DNA of 64,000 bases from a virus. A program made the position numbers and the translations under genes. Location of the stretch: IMG/VR virus record IMGVR_UViG_3300031965_000019, positions 2,490 through 66,489 of that record. One strand, 5' to 3'. Below, piece by piece: positions 1 to 10,345 of this stretch (its first letter is position 1; each line of letters starts with the position of its first letter). Under the pieces are notes generated by a model. It worked only from the letters and a program-made list of their open reading frames with translations. It searched no databases and was not told where the DNA came from.

Positions 1-3000
1 AATTGCCTCTTCGTGGAGTCGTTGTCCTCAACAACCTCCCAGATCGGGTTATTTGGCTCTCCGTCCGCGCCGAACTCGTCAATATCCGTGCGGCGCATGA
101 CCATGATCTCTTCAGAAGTGCCATACGACCTGCGCCAGCGATTCTTCACGGTCAAATTAGTCTCGAACGGAAATCTTCCACGAACCATTTCGATGACACT
201 GGCTTTAAATAGGGCCATGGCAGGGACTACTGCGTCAGTAACCGCTGCGATCGCAACGTCGGTGTCCTGAAGAACAGGCACAAGGAATTGGTACCGAGCT
301 TCGTCCTGCGACCAGACGGCAACCCAGACTTCGCCCTGCTTGGCATTGCGGGCTTGGTTGCGGCTGTTATGCACAAGTACTCCGGAGCCGGAAAATCCTG
401 TTTCCGGCATTCGTCCAGAAAAATTTGTGCCAAAGCCTAGATTTCCCGCGTCTACTGTCACCCCAGAGGCATCGGAGTAGCTGAGTAAACCGCAGGGTGT
501 TGCCGTATTTCCCTCATAGTCGACCACATCATTTAACAGCCCCACCAACAGCGTCGCCGAATGGCTCTCGATCGAAATAATGTGCGCGGCTGGAAGTCCT
601 CCAATCACGCCAAAGGCGAGCGCGTAACCGTGAAAACCAGGCTGACTACTGCCGTCGGCGCCAGTGTAGGGTCCAGGGCCGGAAAACTTCATCAATAAGT
701 CGACGACTATGATATTTTGTTCCGGAGAGAGTGGAACTCCACTGTCGTCGACCAAGCGGGCCGACGCTTGCGTGAGACCGGCAGGCGAACTGAGTGTACT
801 TAACAACTCGAAACGATACACGACAGTTGGCGTGAATTCAGAAAATCTCTCCGTTTCGTAGTTCCCACTAGTGTCATTAAAACCGATGATCGTATCGTTA
901 TCTTCATAGGCCAGGCCAAAAGTATTGTTGAACGTCACGCTTGCGCCGGGATTCGGTCCAAAGATCGGCGAGACGCCATCGACGGTAAAAGTCGCCGTCG
1001 ATGGAAAGACCTGCCCCACTACTTGCCCCAGAATCACCGAGGCGGGGTAATTGTCGACGTGCTCCGTGAGTTCGTAGAGTTCGTTGTCTGGGTTGTAGGC
1101 AGCGAGCCACTTTTCGCCCGACTTGGCCTTGTCGGCGAGACTGCTTGATCCGGCATTGGAGACACGCACCAATCCTGGATCAGACTCCGGCGGCATCCGC
1201 GTGGCGAAAGGAGTGCCGATGCCGCGCAAATAAATGGCGTTGATATCGTCCATTGCCGGTTCAGAAGCCACGTTGCCAATCAATTCGACGATGATCGCCG
1301 GCATGAAGGCGTCGACAGAAATGACGTGCGCTCCGGGCTTGCCGGTCTCGTTGTAATCATCCGTGAACTTGATGGCCGTGCCGGCGAAACCAAATTGTGT
1401 CGTTCCATCAGCGCCGGTGTAAGTCGCCTTGCCGTTGAACTGGATGGTGTTGGAGACGACGTTGATCGTTTCCGTCGGCGAGACGGGAAGGCCGTCGTCT
1501 CCCAGCACTATGGCCGTCGTGGAAACGTCGGCTAGAAGTTTGTCTTCTGCCAGACTAAAGCGATAAATTTTGATGCCACTGCCAGAGAACTTATCCGTCT
1601 CAAAGTTTCCGGTATCCGCGCGCCGCCAGCCCATGATCTTGTCGTTATCTTCATAGACTTGGCTGAACGTGTTATTGAATGTCACGGTTTCCGTGGCACT
1701 GCCCGTGTCGAACCGCGGATCAACGCCGGAGATCAACGAAATGTTGTCCACGTCGAATGTCGCCGTGCCGGACGATACGCTGCCAACTACCTGGCCGAGG
1801 ATGATCGTGGTGTGACTGGCCACGGGGACGAAAAACTGATACTGACCGTCTAGTCCGAATTGATCCACTCGATAGAGCACGATCCAGCGGTCGCCAGTCT
1901 TGGCGTTCGCCGCCACGCCGTATTGGTCGCCCACTGGAAATTCCGTGGGAGCCTGAGTGATCTTCGGGCTGCGTCCGTTGAAGGGGTGTCCCAGCGGGTA
2001 GGAATCGTCCGTCAACTGAGTGCAAAGCGTCGTTCCCGGCTGGAGGCTTTCATAGAGTTCGACGAATAGGAACTGAGCCGGTCCTTCCATCGACAGGATT
2101 TCGTACCCGGCTTTGCCGGTCGGTCCGGCACCCGCGTCGTAGTCGTCGATGATCTTACGGGCATGACCGCGATAGCCGCGCTCGTTGGGCGGGACGGACG
2201 GCTCGGGGGTGTCTGGATTGTCCCACGCGACAAATCCTTCGTATTTGAGATGCTGGTCGATGACATAGAAATCATCCGCCGTGGTGACGAGATTGCCGTC
2301 GTTATCGACCGGCTTGGCGAGACTGTGTGGGTCGACCAAGTGCATGTCCTCGATCAACTCGAAATGAATAATCTCTCCGCCGGCCTCGGGCCGATCTCCA
2401 ATCTGCTGCAGTTGACTGGTGACTCCGAAATTCGCCGGCTGGGATCTCACTCGCGTAAACGTCGAGTAGTCCTGGTCGCGAATGGCGATCGGCAGGTCGC
2501 ACAGTTGGTCCGGATCGCGACGCTGCAAGAGCGCGTGCTCGACCCTGTTTTGATAGGCGACGTGCCACCAGACCCAATCGTCGTATCCGTTGACCACCAA
2601 GTCCTTGACGCCCGACCAACTGGTGTCGTACTGTCCGGCGAGCCACGCATAGAAAGCTGTGGCGATGGCCTCTGCCAGCGCTGTCACTTCGGTCGCATTT
2701 GTGGCCAGCGACGGCGTGTCGGCGTCGACATTGGCAAAAGCCGAGGTGTGAAAGAGCTTCGATTCGCCGGCGCTGGTCGCCAGCCCTTCAGATACCGCCG
2801 AGGCGGCGACGGTTTCCTCCCACAGCCCGTCCGTGAGGCTGGGGACCATGCCGCCGATCGTTTTTCGGAAAATGACGCGGACATCCTCGGGGTGAAGCGT
2901 TCGCCGAGGCTCGCTGGCCGCATTGCCGCCGCCCAAGAGAAAGTCAGAAATCGCTAGCCGCGAAGCCAGACTGCTAGCGGCAGTGTCGTGGAACTGGGCA

Positions 3001-3716
3001 TCGACCGCCCCGTTTGTCCGCCGGATCACCCGTAGCCCGACAGAGGCCGCTACGGCGTCCAGCAAGAGCCCTGCGTTGTCGAATTTCCGCAGTAGTTCCA
3101 CTTCATCCGGCCGCCCAAACCCCGCGTCTAGCGTGTTGTGGTTGATCGTGACCCCAAGTGCGGTCCCGAGCAGCGTAAAGAGCTGGGCCCAAGTGGTCTC
3201 GGTGTCGATCGTGAGGTCGCCCGTGCTCTTGAACTGCCAGAAATACCGCTCGTCCACCAGGCACAAGAGCCAGCAGTCCGCTGCGCTGGTGACATTCGTG
3301 ACGCGAACCGGCGGCAACAGATACATCGTGGTCGAAACGCTGCCGGCATTGGTTCTGGTAGTCGTGCCGTCGTCGATGATAAGTGTCTTGGCAGCGGTGG
3401 ACTGCGTGGCTGCCACGATCTGGTCGAGTTGCGATTGGCTGGCGAGAAAGAGCCCAATCGCATGGCGCCCGGCCCCAGTAGGCCACCAGAGCGTATTGAT
3501 CCGCCACTCGGGCGGCTGATAGGTCGAATAGTTGGGGACCGGCAGGCCGACGTCGCCGTCCCGCGGCCGCTGCCGACCCTCTACCAAGTCGCTCGATCCG
3601 CCGCCGCCGAACAGAGTGAGACCGTGCAGCGACAGCGTCCGCTCGAGCCAGACCTGAAACTCGAAGCCGGGATCCTCCAGCAAGAGCGGTACGCCGGCAA
3701 AGGTGATTTTCGCCAT
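1..3716 (-). CDS. Large tail tip / hub or fibre protein, >1238 aa, runs off the left edge
   Basis: Manual translation from ATG 3716 (MAKITFAGVPLLLEDPG...) is open to base 3; about three internal ~250-260 aa repeats; follows tail genes; absent from ORF track because there is no stop. Confidence 0.8.
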   Translation of the reverse strand, partial: MAKITFAGVPLLLEDPGFEFQVWLERTLSLHGLTLFGGGGSSDLVEGRQRPRDGDVGLPVPNYSTYQPPEWRINTLWWPTGAGRHAIGLFLASQSQLDQIVAATQSTAAKTLIIDDGTTTRTNAGSVSTTMYLLPPVRVTNVTSAADCWLLCLVDERYFWQFKSTGDLTIDTETTWAQLFTLLGTALGVTINHNTLDAGFGRPDEVELLRKFDNAGLLLDAVAASVGLRVIRRTNGAVDAQFHDTAASSLASRLAISDFLLGGGNAASEPRRTLHPEDVRVIFRKTIGGMVPSLTDGLWEETVAASAVSEGLATSAGESKLFHTSAFANVDADTPSLATNATEVTALAEAIATAFYAWLAGQYDTSWSGVKDLVVNGYDDWVWWHVAYQNRVEHALLQRRDPDQLCDLPIAIRDQDYSTFTRVRSQPANFGVTSQLQQIGDRPEAGGEIIHFELIEDMHLVDPHSLAKPVDNDGNLVTTADDFYVIDQHLKYEGFVAWDNPDTPEPSVPPNERGYRGHARKIIDDYDAGAGPTGKAGYEILSMEGPAQFLFVELYESLQPGTTLCTQLTDDSYPLGHPFNGRSPKITQAPTEFPVGDQYGVAANAKTGDRWIVLYRVDQFGLDGQYQFFVPVASHTTIILGQVVGSVSSGTATFDVDNISLISGVDPRFDTGSATETVTFNNTFSQVYEDNDKIMGWRRADTGNFETDKFSGSGIKIYRFSLAEDKLLADVSTTAIVLGDDGLPVSPTETINVVSNTIQFNGKATYTGADGTTQFGFAGTAIKFTDDYNETGKPGAHVISVDAFMPAIIVELIGNVASEPAMDDINAIYLRGIGTPFATRMPPESDPGLVRVSNAGSSSLADKAKSGEKWLAAYNPDNELYELTEHVDNYPASVILGQVVGQVFPSTATFTVDGVSPIFGPNPGASVTFNNTFGLAYEDNDTIIGFNDTSGNYETERFSEFTPTVVYRFELLSTLSSPAGLTQASARLVDDSGVPLSPEQNIIVVDLLMKFSGPGPYTGADGSSQPGFHGYALAFGVIGGLPAAHIISIESHSATLLVGLLNDVVDYEGNTATPCGLLSYSDASGVTVDAGNLGFGTNFSGRMPETGFSGSGVLVHNSRNQARNAKQGEVWVAVWSQDEARYQFLVPVLQDTDVAIAAVTDAVVPAMALFKASVIEMVRGRFPFETNLTVKNRWRRSYGTSEEIMVMRRTDIDEFGADGEPNNPIWEVVEDNDSTKRQ

Positions 3717-3736
3717 GAAGCCACCCGAGCGGTCCC

Positions 3737-4267
3737 CTAAGATAGATCCCAATCGAACATAAGGCTGAAGACGACGCCCACCAGTGCGATCCGCAGGTTT
3801 TCGTCTCCGGCATCATCGCCCACGACTTCCATGATTCGCGGTGCGACGCTGGAGCGCGGCGTGATTAGTTCACGCAGGCACTCGTTTCCTCCCACTTGCA
3901 GGTCGACGCCGGCCATCGACTTCAAGATTTTTCGCTTGATCTCCATGAGGCCCCTTGCCTCGCGAATGAGCGTCTGCTCGTCGGAGTCGGTTGGGTCGAG
4001 ATGGCAGCGCAGGTATCCGGTCACCTGAAACGAGCCGTCCTCGGTGCATTGCTCGACGACGCCGCCGGTCAGCAAGTCCTGCGGGAAAGTCCCTTCTCCC
4101 GCAGAGACCGCTAACCACCAATCGCCACCCTTGGGGATCCGCACGGACAGCGGGTCGGACGTGAGAATCACCCGTGTTGCGTGGAGGTTGATGGTCGCGG
4201 CATCGTTTCTGTAATGCGCGACAATCGCCTCCAACAAATCGAGTTGATTGACGTCGACCCGTGCCAT
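3737..4267 (-). CDS. Putative tail terminator / completion protein (176 aa)
   Basis: Size, position in tail operon, acidic beta-rich C-terminus ending FDWDLS; assignment by context only. Confidence 0.45.
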   Translation of the reverse strand: MARVDVNQLDLLEAIVAHYRNDAATINLHATRVILTSDPLSVRIPKGGDWWLAVSAGEGTFPQDLLTGGVVEQCTEDGSFQVTGYLRCHLDPTDSDEQTLIREARGLMEIKRKILKSMAGVDLQVGGNECLRELITPRSSVAPRIMEVVGDDAGDENLRIALVGVVFSLMFDWDLS

Positions 4268-4320
4268 GCGTGATCCGTTTCAATGCACCAACTGAAAACA
4301 CCATCTGAAAAACCAGACGA

Positions 4321-5190
4321 CTATGCCAATGCCAGACGCGAGTCCTGGTGGCAGAACCAATAGTCCAGCGTGAGAACTTGCGACGTCGTAGTACGCGCCG
4401 TGCCCACCGCGACCGGCGACAGGGCCGTGGCCGGATTTACCGCATCCGCGAGCGTCGCCTTGAGCACTTCGTTGATCCACGTCTTGGCCACGCCGAGCGT
4501 GCTAACGGTCATCAGCATGTCGAGGTAGGTAGCCGCGACCGGGACCACGGCCGAATCGACGTGAGTGGCGTCGACGTCGTCGGCCACTCCCACGGCCCGC
4601 AACGTGTCGGTCGTGGCGGCCGTGTCGTAAAGCAGACCAGCGGCGTCGGTGGCGTTCGACGTGAAAGTCGACGTCGCCAGAGTGAACGGCATTTCCAGAG
4701 TCGTCTCTGGCAGCACGTCCGTGAGGCCGAGATAAGCGGCGACTGCCGTCACGGCCGCGAGCTTGAATCGAGCGCCAAAGACGATCATTCGATCCTCAGG
4801 CGTCCAGACGAGCCCCTTGGCGAGCGAACTGCCGTCATTGGCCACTGTGTCGCCGACGTCTCCGGTCACCAGAGCGACCTCGCCGCGCAGCCCACCAGCG
4901 ACGATGGCAGCTATGGCTGCCGGAGAATCAATGCCGGCCGCCTTGTTGTAGCCGGCGTCAAGAGCAGAACCGGCGAAATGGTCCACCAAATACTTTTCCG
5001 CGGCGTCGTAAAACGTCCGCCCATCCTCGGGAAACCAAGTCTGGCGCCGACTGTCGAACACCAAGCTGCGCTGGTGATCGTCGGCAAAGTAGCGACTCCC
5101 GTGATTCGGAGTCCGTGGGCGCTGAGAAAACAGACCGCACGTATCGGAACCGTTGATGACTGTCGTGTTGCGTGTGAAAAAGGCAACCAT
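4321..5190 (-). CDS. Virion structural protein, beta-sandwich-like (289 aa)
   Basis: SD AAGGAG before ATG 5190 (track extends to 5262); Ala/Thr/Val-rich; in structural operon. Confidence 0.6.
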   Translation of the reverse strand: MVAFFTRNTTVINGSDTCGLFSQRPRTPNHGSRYFADDHQRSLVFDSRRQTWFPEDGRTFYDAAEKYLVDHFAGSALDAGYNKAAGIDSPAAIAAIVAGGLRGEVALVTGDVGDTVANDGSSLAKGLVWTPEDRMIVFGARFKLAAVTAVAAYLGLTDVLPETTLEMPFTLATSTFTSNATDAAGLLYDTAATTDTLRAVGVADDVDATHVDSAVVPVAATYLDMLMTVSTLGVAKTWINEVLKATLADAVNPATALSPVAVGTARTTTSQVLTLDYWFCHQDSRLALA

Positions 5191-5254
5191 GTAAATCTCC
5201 TTGAAGGGGGTGAGTTGGTGGTCTATGAGGGAAGTCGAATTACGCAATATCGGT

Positions 5255-6871
5255 TTAGCCAATGAGGCTGTCGGGGATGTTGGTCGTGCCTGCGGTCCGT
5301 AACAAGAGGCCGTTTTCTGCCATTGGGAACACTTGATTGAAACGCTCTTGAAACTCGCCGCCGTAGTCGTTCGCGGCTGTCACGGTCCACTTGTCGGCCA
5401 GCGCCGGCGGAGTTTTGCCCGGAAACATCGCCACGAAGGGACCGCCTGGATAGAGTTGCGTGGCGGGCGCGAGTATCACGTTGTCAATGACACCCGTATT
5501 CGTCGGCTCACCCACCGATATGGCGATTTCTAGATAGAGGTTGTCCGTCGGCGCGGCTGGCGACACTCTAAAGAAACCTTTCACCGTGGTGCGACTCGCA
5601 GTGGATATCGAACCGACAATCGTTTGGTTGTTACCAGCGTCATCGGTCACGAGACTGCCGCCGATGCCATTTCTCAAAGAGATAGTTACTGAGACTCCGT
5701 CAGAATTGCTCTGGTGAAACCAGAGGCAGACTGCATAAACCACGCGCGGCTCCAGCGATACTCTTTGATGCAGTGTCACCGTCGTCCCGAGAGATGTCAG
5801 GAATAGACCGTAGCCCTGGATTCCTTGAGCATCGCCATTGGTCACTGTGGCGTGTGCGATCGATCCCGGGGAACTGTTGTCTACCGATGTCAATTGCGCC
5901 AAGTTTCCTGCAAGGCCAACAAACGTCACGGTATGCTCGAAATTAGGGGAGCTACCGGTGGAGGTGACCGTCACGGCCGACAGACCGGGAAGTGTACGCA
6001 GCGCGGATTGCACTTGAGCGGCTGTTGCGTTGAATGGCAGGGGATCGGTCGCGTGAACAAGACTTGTGGCAGGATCAGTGTATCGCAGGTGATAGGTGCC
6101 TGCGGTGGGTGTGCCTGAAATCGTGACCGTCTGCACTTCTACATTAGTCCGTCGAAAGTCAGTCGTGGGAGATCCCACCGACGGGATCCAATTGTCTGGC
6201 AAGTTGGTATTGGTCCATGCCTCAAAATCGCCGTTCGTTAAGAGGCTGTCATCGATCGAAAGCGGCGAGAGATTCGAGTTCACTCCCGAGCCTGCGGGCC
6301 AGTTTTCCACTAGCTTGGAAGTCGCCGCCCGCTCGCCGAGGAAATCCAGCACGGCCGATTCCCCACCCGTGGTGCATTCCACCCGAATCACTTCCGCAAA
6401 AATATGGTCGAGCTGCGTCCCCATCTTGCCCACGTCGGTGGCGATGAGCACCAGATCGGTGGCACTGCCGCCGGCCACGACAGCGACCGCGACAGAAGCC
6501 GCAGAGGGATCGACGTAGCGATCGTCCGTCAGCATTGCGGCCAGCAAATACTGAAGACTTTCCACCAGACCGAGGCGGTTATTGAGCGAGTCCGCGCGGA
6601 CAGACTGCCTGAGAAAACCTTGGCAGTCAGAGGCGAGGGCCGAGACCAGCGAGGAGCCCGCTGATCGCCACGACTGCTCGGCCTGCGGCACACGATTGAC
6701 TGCCAAGTCGAACGCCAGGTCCGCGTCCGTTTTCGCCTTATAGGCGTCGATGGCGTCTTGGACCTCGTCGTACACGGTCACGCGACGCGCCGTGTTGAGC
6801 GTGTTCATGGCGTGGAAATACTTTCCCAGCACGGTGAAGATGCCGCCGGTTCCAGTGTAGGTGAGTGCCAT
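5255..6871 (-). CDS. Tail-associated protein (538 aa) with carbohydrate-binding-like segments
   Basis: LLTNGDFEAW and EVQTVTISGTPTAGTY...PFNATAAQVQSAL motifs typical of phage tail/surface proteins. Confidence 0.65.
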   Translation of the reverse strand: MALTYTGTGGIFTVLGKYFHAMNTLNTARRVTVYDEVQDAIDAYKAKTDADLAFDLAVNRVPQAEQSWRSAGSSLVSALASDCQGFLRQSVRADSLNNRLGLVESLQYLLAAMLTDDRYVDPSAASVAVAVVAGGSATDLVLIATDVGKMGTQLDHIFAEVIRVECTTGGESAVLDFLGERAATSKLVENWPAGSGVNSNLSPLSIDDSLLTNGDFEAWTNTNLPDNWIPSVGSPTTDFRRTNVEVQTVTISGTPTAGTYHLRYTDPATSLVHATDPLPFNATAAQVQSALRTLPGLSAVTVTSTGSSPNFEHTVTFVGLAGNLAQLTSVDNSSPGSIAHATVTNGDAQGIQGYGLFLTSLGTTVTLHQRVSLEPRVVYAVCLWFHQSNSDGVSVTISLRNGIGGSLVTDDAGNNQTIVGSISTASRTTVKGFFRVSPAAPTDNLYLEIAISVGEPTNTGVIDNVILAPATQLYPGGPFVAMFPGKTPPALADKWTVTAANDYGGEFQERFNQVFPMAENGLLLRTAGTTNIPDSLIG

Positions 6872-6897
6872 GACGTGCTTTCCAGTGGTTGGTCCGA

Positions 6898-8733
6898 TTA
6901 ACTATTGGTGAATGATCCGCCACTTGCGCTGATGCCCATGCTGCCGGTGAGGTCGAGTTGCGACGTGCCGTCGTAACCGGGGAATTTGGTGACTGGGTTG
7001 ATGCCCACGGGTAGCGGCGCATTTTCATTGAACGACCGATCCAGCAAGTACAGATAACGCGCCTTCGTTCGTTCAATGCGCTGCTGACCGTTCGGGGACC
7101 GGATCGGTGCCAATTTTTCCACGCCGAAGTATTGCAGGTACGCCTTCACTCCCCGATACATATACGTGTTCAGCGCCTTGGGAATCGCCGGCTCGGCATC
7201 GGCCCGCTCCAATTCGACTTCAATCTTGCGGTAGCACTGCGGTCTCGCCAGCGTCAGGATTTCGCTCGATTGACCGTTTGCCGCCGTGTTGGCAATTGGC
7301 ATTTGGACTCGCATGTGATTCGCACAGTGCGTGCTCGATACGTAGGCAAACGTGTAGATGCTCTGTGCCGTTTCTTGAGAGTACGTGCTACCGCTATCCC
7401 GGGTCGGCGTGTAGCCCGATTCCGTAACTTTAGTTCCTTCGTAGCGACGGCGATCTTCGGTTGGGATGGTGGTGCCCTGCGACGCCAGGCCGAAGCCGTG
7501 AAAATCCACACACGGCGATTGCAAATAACAATGGAGTAGTAATGTTGGCAGCGGGTTACGCGCCCAATCGAGGGCGTCTGAGTCGGCGCGATATCCGTAG
7601 ATTGCCGGAATGCGACTACGGAGTGGGTCGTACTCTGTGCCCCCAACGCCGCCACCCTCTCCTCTACCAGTCGCTAAGCTCGGCAACTCCAGTGGTGCCC
7701 CCATCTTTTCCACAACTGCACTCTGGAAAGTATTCAGCGGGTTGTCCGATGCTCTCTTAACGCTGGCCGCCGCCGTCACCGACGCCACTTCACCGATGCT
7801 CTCGGAGATAATAAAACTTTCAAGAAGCACGCCATTCTCCAGAGACATAAGTTCAAGGCGGGCGTTGAGAATTTGGATGGCGCGTTCCACGAGCAATCGC
7901 TTGTCGCACGCTTGGTCTCCCTCCAGCCTGACCTCCATGTGACTCGTGAAAAATGTCGAGTATTGCACAGACTCGCTGTATTGCGCGTGCATCTTCGTCG
8001 CTGGCCACGGTGCAGCGTCGTGAACTTGAATGTCGACAACGGTGTAATTGGCCGTCAAACCGTCTGCGGCAACACTAAAGTCGATCGAATCCCTACGGAA
8101 TGATGCCTCCAGTGGTGGCACGACGATGTTTTTGAAGGCGTGGCCGGCTGTCTCCACGCCTATACCAGGATCGAAGGTGCGAGAGAGACGCATTGTTCCG
8201 GTGATCGTTCGCGTGATGTAGCAATTCGCGTCCATGCGCTCGGCGATTGACCAGCGGTTATTGAGCACTAGCTGCTTGGTATCTCGCGGCTTGTCGCACG
8301 TCCCTACCATGACCTCTATTTCAAATGCCACGCGAAATACGTTACCGCCGATCGGAGTCACGTGAACATGCGTTGGTTTGGGTCCGTTGTTGATGTCCGA
8401 CGTCTCCGCTTGCACACCGCTCCGTGCCGGCGTAACGGTTAAGACGTTGACATTGTCCATCCAGACTTCAAACTGTAGGCGGGGCTCTTCGAGCGCTTTC
8501 CGCACCTCAGTTAGCCTGTCAAACACATTACTCAGCGATCCCGATGACTTCGCAATGTATGTGGCGCTATCCTGAATCGGCACTCGCTGCGAGTGCAGTA
8601 CTCCACGAAAGCGAAAAGTGGTTTTGTGTCCAATAAGGTCCGTCCGACTCGCGTCGTAGACAGTCTCTTGGTCCCACATATCCGTGAGGACGTTGTAGAG
8701 TTCAACGTCGCCGTAGATGACTCGCGTATTCAT
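6898..8733 (-). CDS. Tail protein, possibly distal-tail/baseplate (611 aa)
   Basis: Directly follows tape-measure-like gene; long ORF; no catalytic motif recognised. Confidence 0.6.
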   Translation of the reverse strand: MNTRVIYGDVELYNVLTDMWDQETVYDASRTDLIGHKTTFRFRGVLHSQRVPIQDSATYIAKSSGSLSNVFDRLTEVRKALEEPRLQFEVWMDNVNVLTVTPARSGVQAETSDINNGPKPTHVHVTPIGGNVFRVAFEIEVMVGTCDKPRDTKQLVLNNRWSIAERMDANCYITRTITGTMRLSRTFDPGIGVETAGHAFKNIVVPPLEASFRRDSIDFSVAADGLTANYTVVDIQVHDAAPWPATKMHAQYSESVQYSTFFTSHMEVRLEGDQACDKRLLVERAIQILNARLELMSLENGVLLESFIISESIGEVASVTAAASVKRASDNPLNTFQSAVVEKMGAPLELPSLATGRGEGGGVGGTEYDPLRSRIPAIYGYRADSDALDWARNPLPTLLLHCYLQSPCVDFHGFGLASQGTTIPTEDRRRYEGTKVTESGYTPTRDSGSTYSQETAQSIYTFAYVSSTHCANHMRVQMPIANTAANGQSSEILTLARPQCYRKIEVELERADAEPAIPKALNTYMYRGVKAYLQYFGVEKLAPIRSPNGQQRIERTKARYLYLLDRSFNENAPLPVGINPVTKFPGYDGTSQLDLTGSMGISASGGSFTNS

Positions 8734-9683
8734 CAGAATCGCCCCCCAGGGGGTTCCACTGGCCGGCGATGATGTCCTTGACTATTGGTGGCGTTGGTGT
8801 TGCTTTCCAGCTTGCGCAGCACATTGATTAAGTTTTGCTGGTCGTTTTGAAGTTTTCCGTTTCCCATCAAGTCGTTGAAATACTCGACAGTTTTTTTGAA
8901 TCCCCAATCCTCCATCATCCCGAGGATGGCAGCGCCAATATCTACCGGGATCGATTTCGCGAAATTCCAGAGATTCTCCGTGAGCGATTTATACGGTAAT
9001 GCCTCCTTGCGGAAGTCCATGATGTGTTTTGCCAATCGCTCAGTACTTTCGCCCACTAGGTTAGCGCGCGCAACGGACTGGCGAATCTCAAACAATTCCT
9101 GTCGACTTGCCAAGGCGGCCAGCCGTGGGCTATATCGCCGAAGTTCCTGAATTGCCGCATCGTTCGACGACTTGGCGAGTCTGATGAGAGCGCCAGTGGC
9201 AAACGCGGCTGCGGTTGCCATGCCCCCTGCTCGCAATGTGAACGACCTCACTTCCAGCGTGGCGTCCCTAAACTTCGGACCAAGCTCGGCGGCGTGCCTG
9301 TCCTCGCGCTCCCGCTGCTTGCTCCTCCGCAGCGTGTCGACTTGCTGGGCCAGTTGTGCCCGCAGCATCATCCGCTGCTGAGAACTCATCGGCCCCGCCG
9401 AGGCCAGCCGCTCCCGCATGTGAGATATGGCAGCCAGGTTCGGCCGGGGCAGTGTCGGCCTCGGGTCGTGAGTTCGCTGAAAGAAACCGCGAATGCCACC
9501 GCCGACCGTAGGGCCAGCCGCCTCAGCAGCAGCCTTGCCGGCGGCCTGTTTGGCTCCCTCGCGAGCGCCGAGCCCGCCCAGCATCCGAGTCATGCCCGGG
9601 CCCATCGACTGCGCAGCAGCCCCCATGCGACCCATGGCGCCACCGGCGAGCCTCAGTAACATTCCTGCCAGTGGGAGCGGCAT
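8733..9683 (-). CDS. Short tape-measure-like protein (316 aa)
   Basis: Follows frameshifted chaperone; Ala/Gly/Met-rich helical composition. Confidence 0.6.
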   Translation of the reverse strand: MPLPLAGMLLRLAGGAMGRMGAAAQSMGPGMTRMLGGLGAREGAKQAAGKAAAEAAGPTVGGGIRGFFQRTHDPRPTLPRPNLAAISHMRERLASAGPMSSQQRMMLRAQLAQQVDTLRRSKQREREDRHAAELGPKFRDATLEVRSFTLRAGGMATAAAFATGALIRLAKSSNDAAIQELRRYSPRLAALASRQELFEIRQSVARANLVGESTERLAKHIMDFRKEALPYKSLTENLWNFAKSIPVDIGAAILGMMEDWGFKKTVEYFNDLMGNGKLQNDQQNLINVLRKLESNTNATNSQGHHRRPVEPPGGRF

Positions 9684-9689
9684 AGTCTG

Positions 9690-10003
9690 CTATTCTCCGT
9701 AATTTCCCTGGGCCGCGGCTCGCTCGTCGTCACACTTCGCCATCGCCTCTTGACGCTCTTTCGCGAATTTGGCTTCCAGCGGGTCTAGCACCAAGGCGGA
9801 GAGCATTTCCAGGCTGTTGACCTTGGAAAATGCTTCCCCGATTCCCCTCGCGATGCGCGACGCCTGACGCAATTCCGAGCGGTAGAGATTGAGGTAAAGG
9901 CCGAAAATCAACTCATGGTCGCAGACGATTCCTCCGGCACGGGTGTCGAGGATTCCTGCGCCGTAGGTTGCCGCCAGGTCGGACCAGGGTCGATGTTTTT
10001 TTT
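9690..10003 (-). CDS. -1 frameshift extension of tail chaperone (gpT-like)
   Basis: -1 frame is open from the slippery site to TAG just before the tape-measure gene (…KKHRPWSDLAATYG…QGNYGE). Confidence 0.75.
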
Positions 10004-10327
10004 TACCTCGTCGCAGTATTCCATGAAGTCGGCCAGGATATCGAGGCACTCGGCGCCGGTGAGACCGAACCACGTATCCGGCGTGTAGAGCGTCACGTCG
10101 AAGATGTCGCAGATCGCCTCAAGGTAGACTTTGGTTTTGTCGGCGTGACCAGCGCGGACCATTTCAAAATCTTCCCAACTGAACGTGGGGTGCAACTCCA
10201 GCGCAATGTGCACTTGCAGCGGATCGAGTCTCCGCAATCGTCGGCCGTCGAAGTAGGCGAAGAGTTCACGGCGCCGTCGGGCAATGCGGCGATGAATCAG
10301 ATTGGCTATCCATCGAATGAGAATCAT
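9908..10327 (-). CDS. Tail assembly chaperone (gpG-like)
   Basis: Between tail tube and tape measure; contains the A9 slippery run near its 3' end. Confidence 0.75.
   Translation of the reverse strand: MILIRWIANLIHRRIARRRRELFAYFDGRRLRRLDPLQVHIALELHPTFSWEDFEMVRAGHADKTKVYLEAICDIFDVTLYTPDTWFGLTGAECLDILADFMEYCDEVKKNIDPGPTWRQPTAQESSTPVPEESSATMS
9995..10004 (-). promoter_or_regulatory. Programmed -1 frameshift slippery site A AAA AAC
   Basis: Minus strand GTA AAA AAA AAC; X XXY YYZ form at the canonical position. Confidence 0.8.
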
Positions 10328-10345
10328 GGTCGCTGTCCTGGCGGG

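Noticed and set aside
2163-3816. Track ORFs such as 2163..2957, 2923..3519 and 3103..3816
   Set aside because: Shadows of the uninterrupted minus-strand ORF 1..3716
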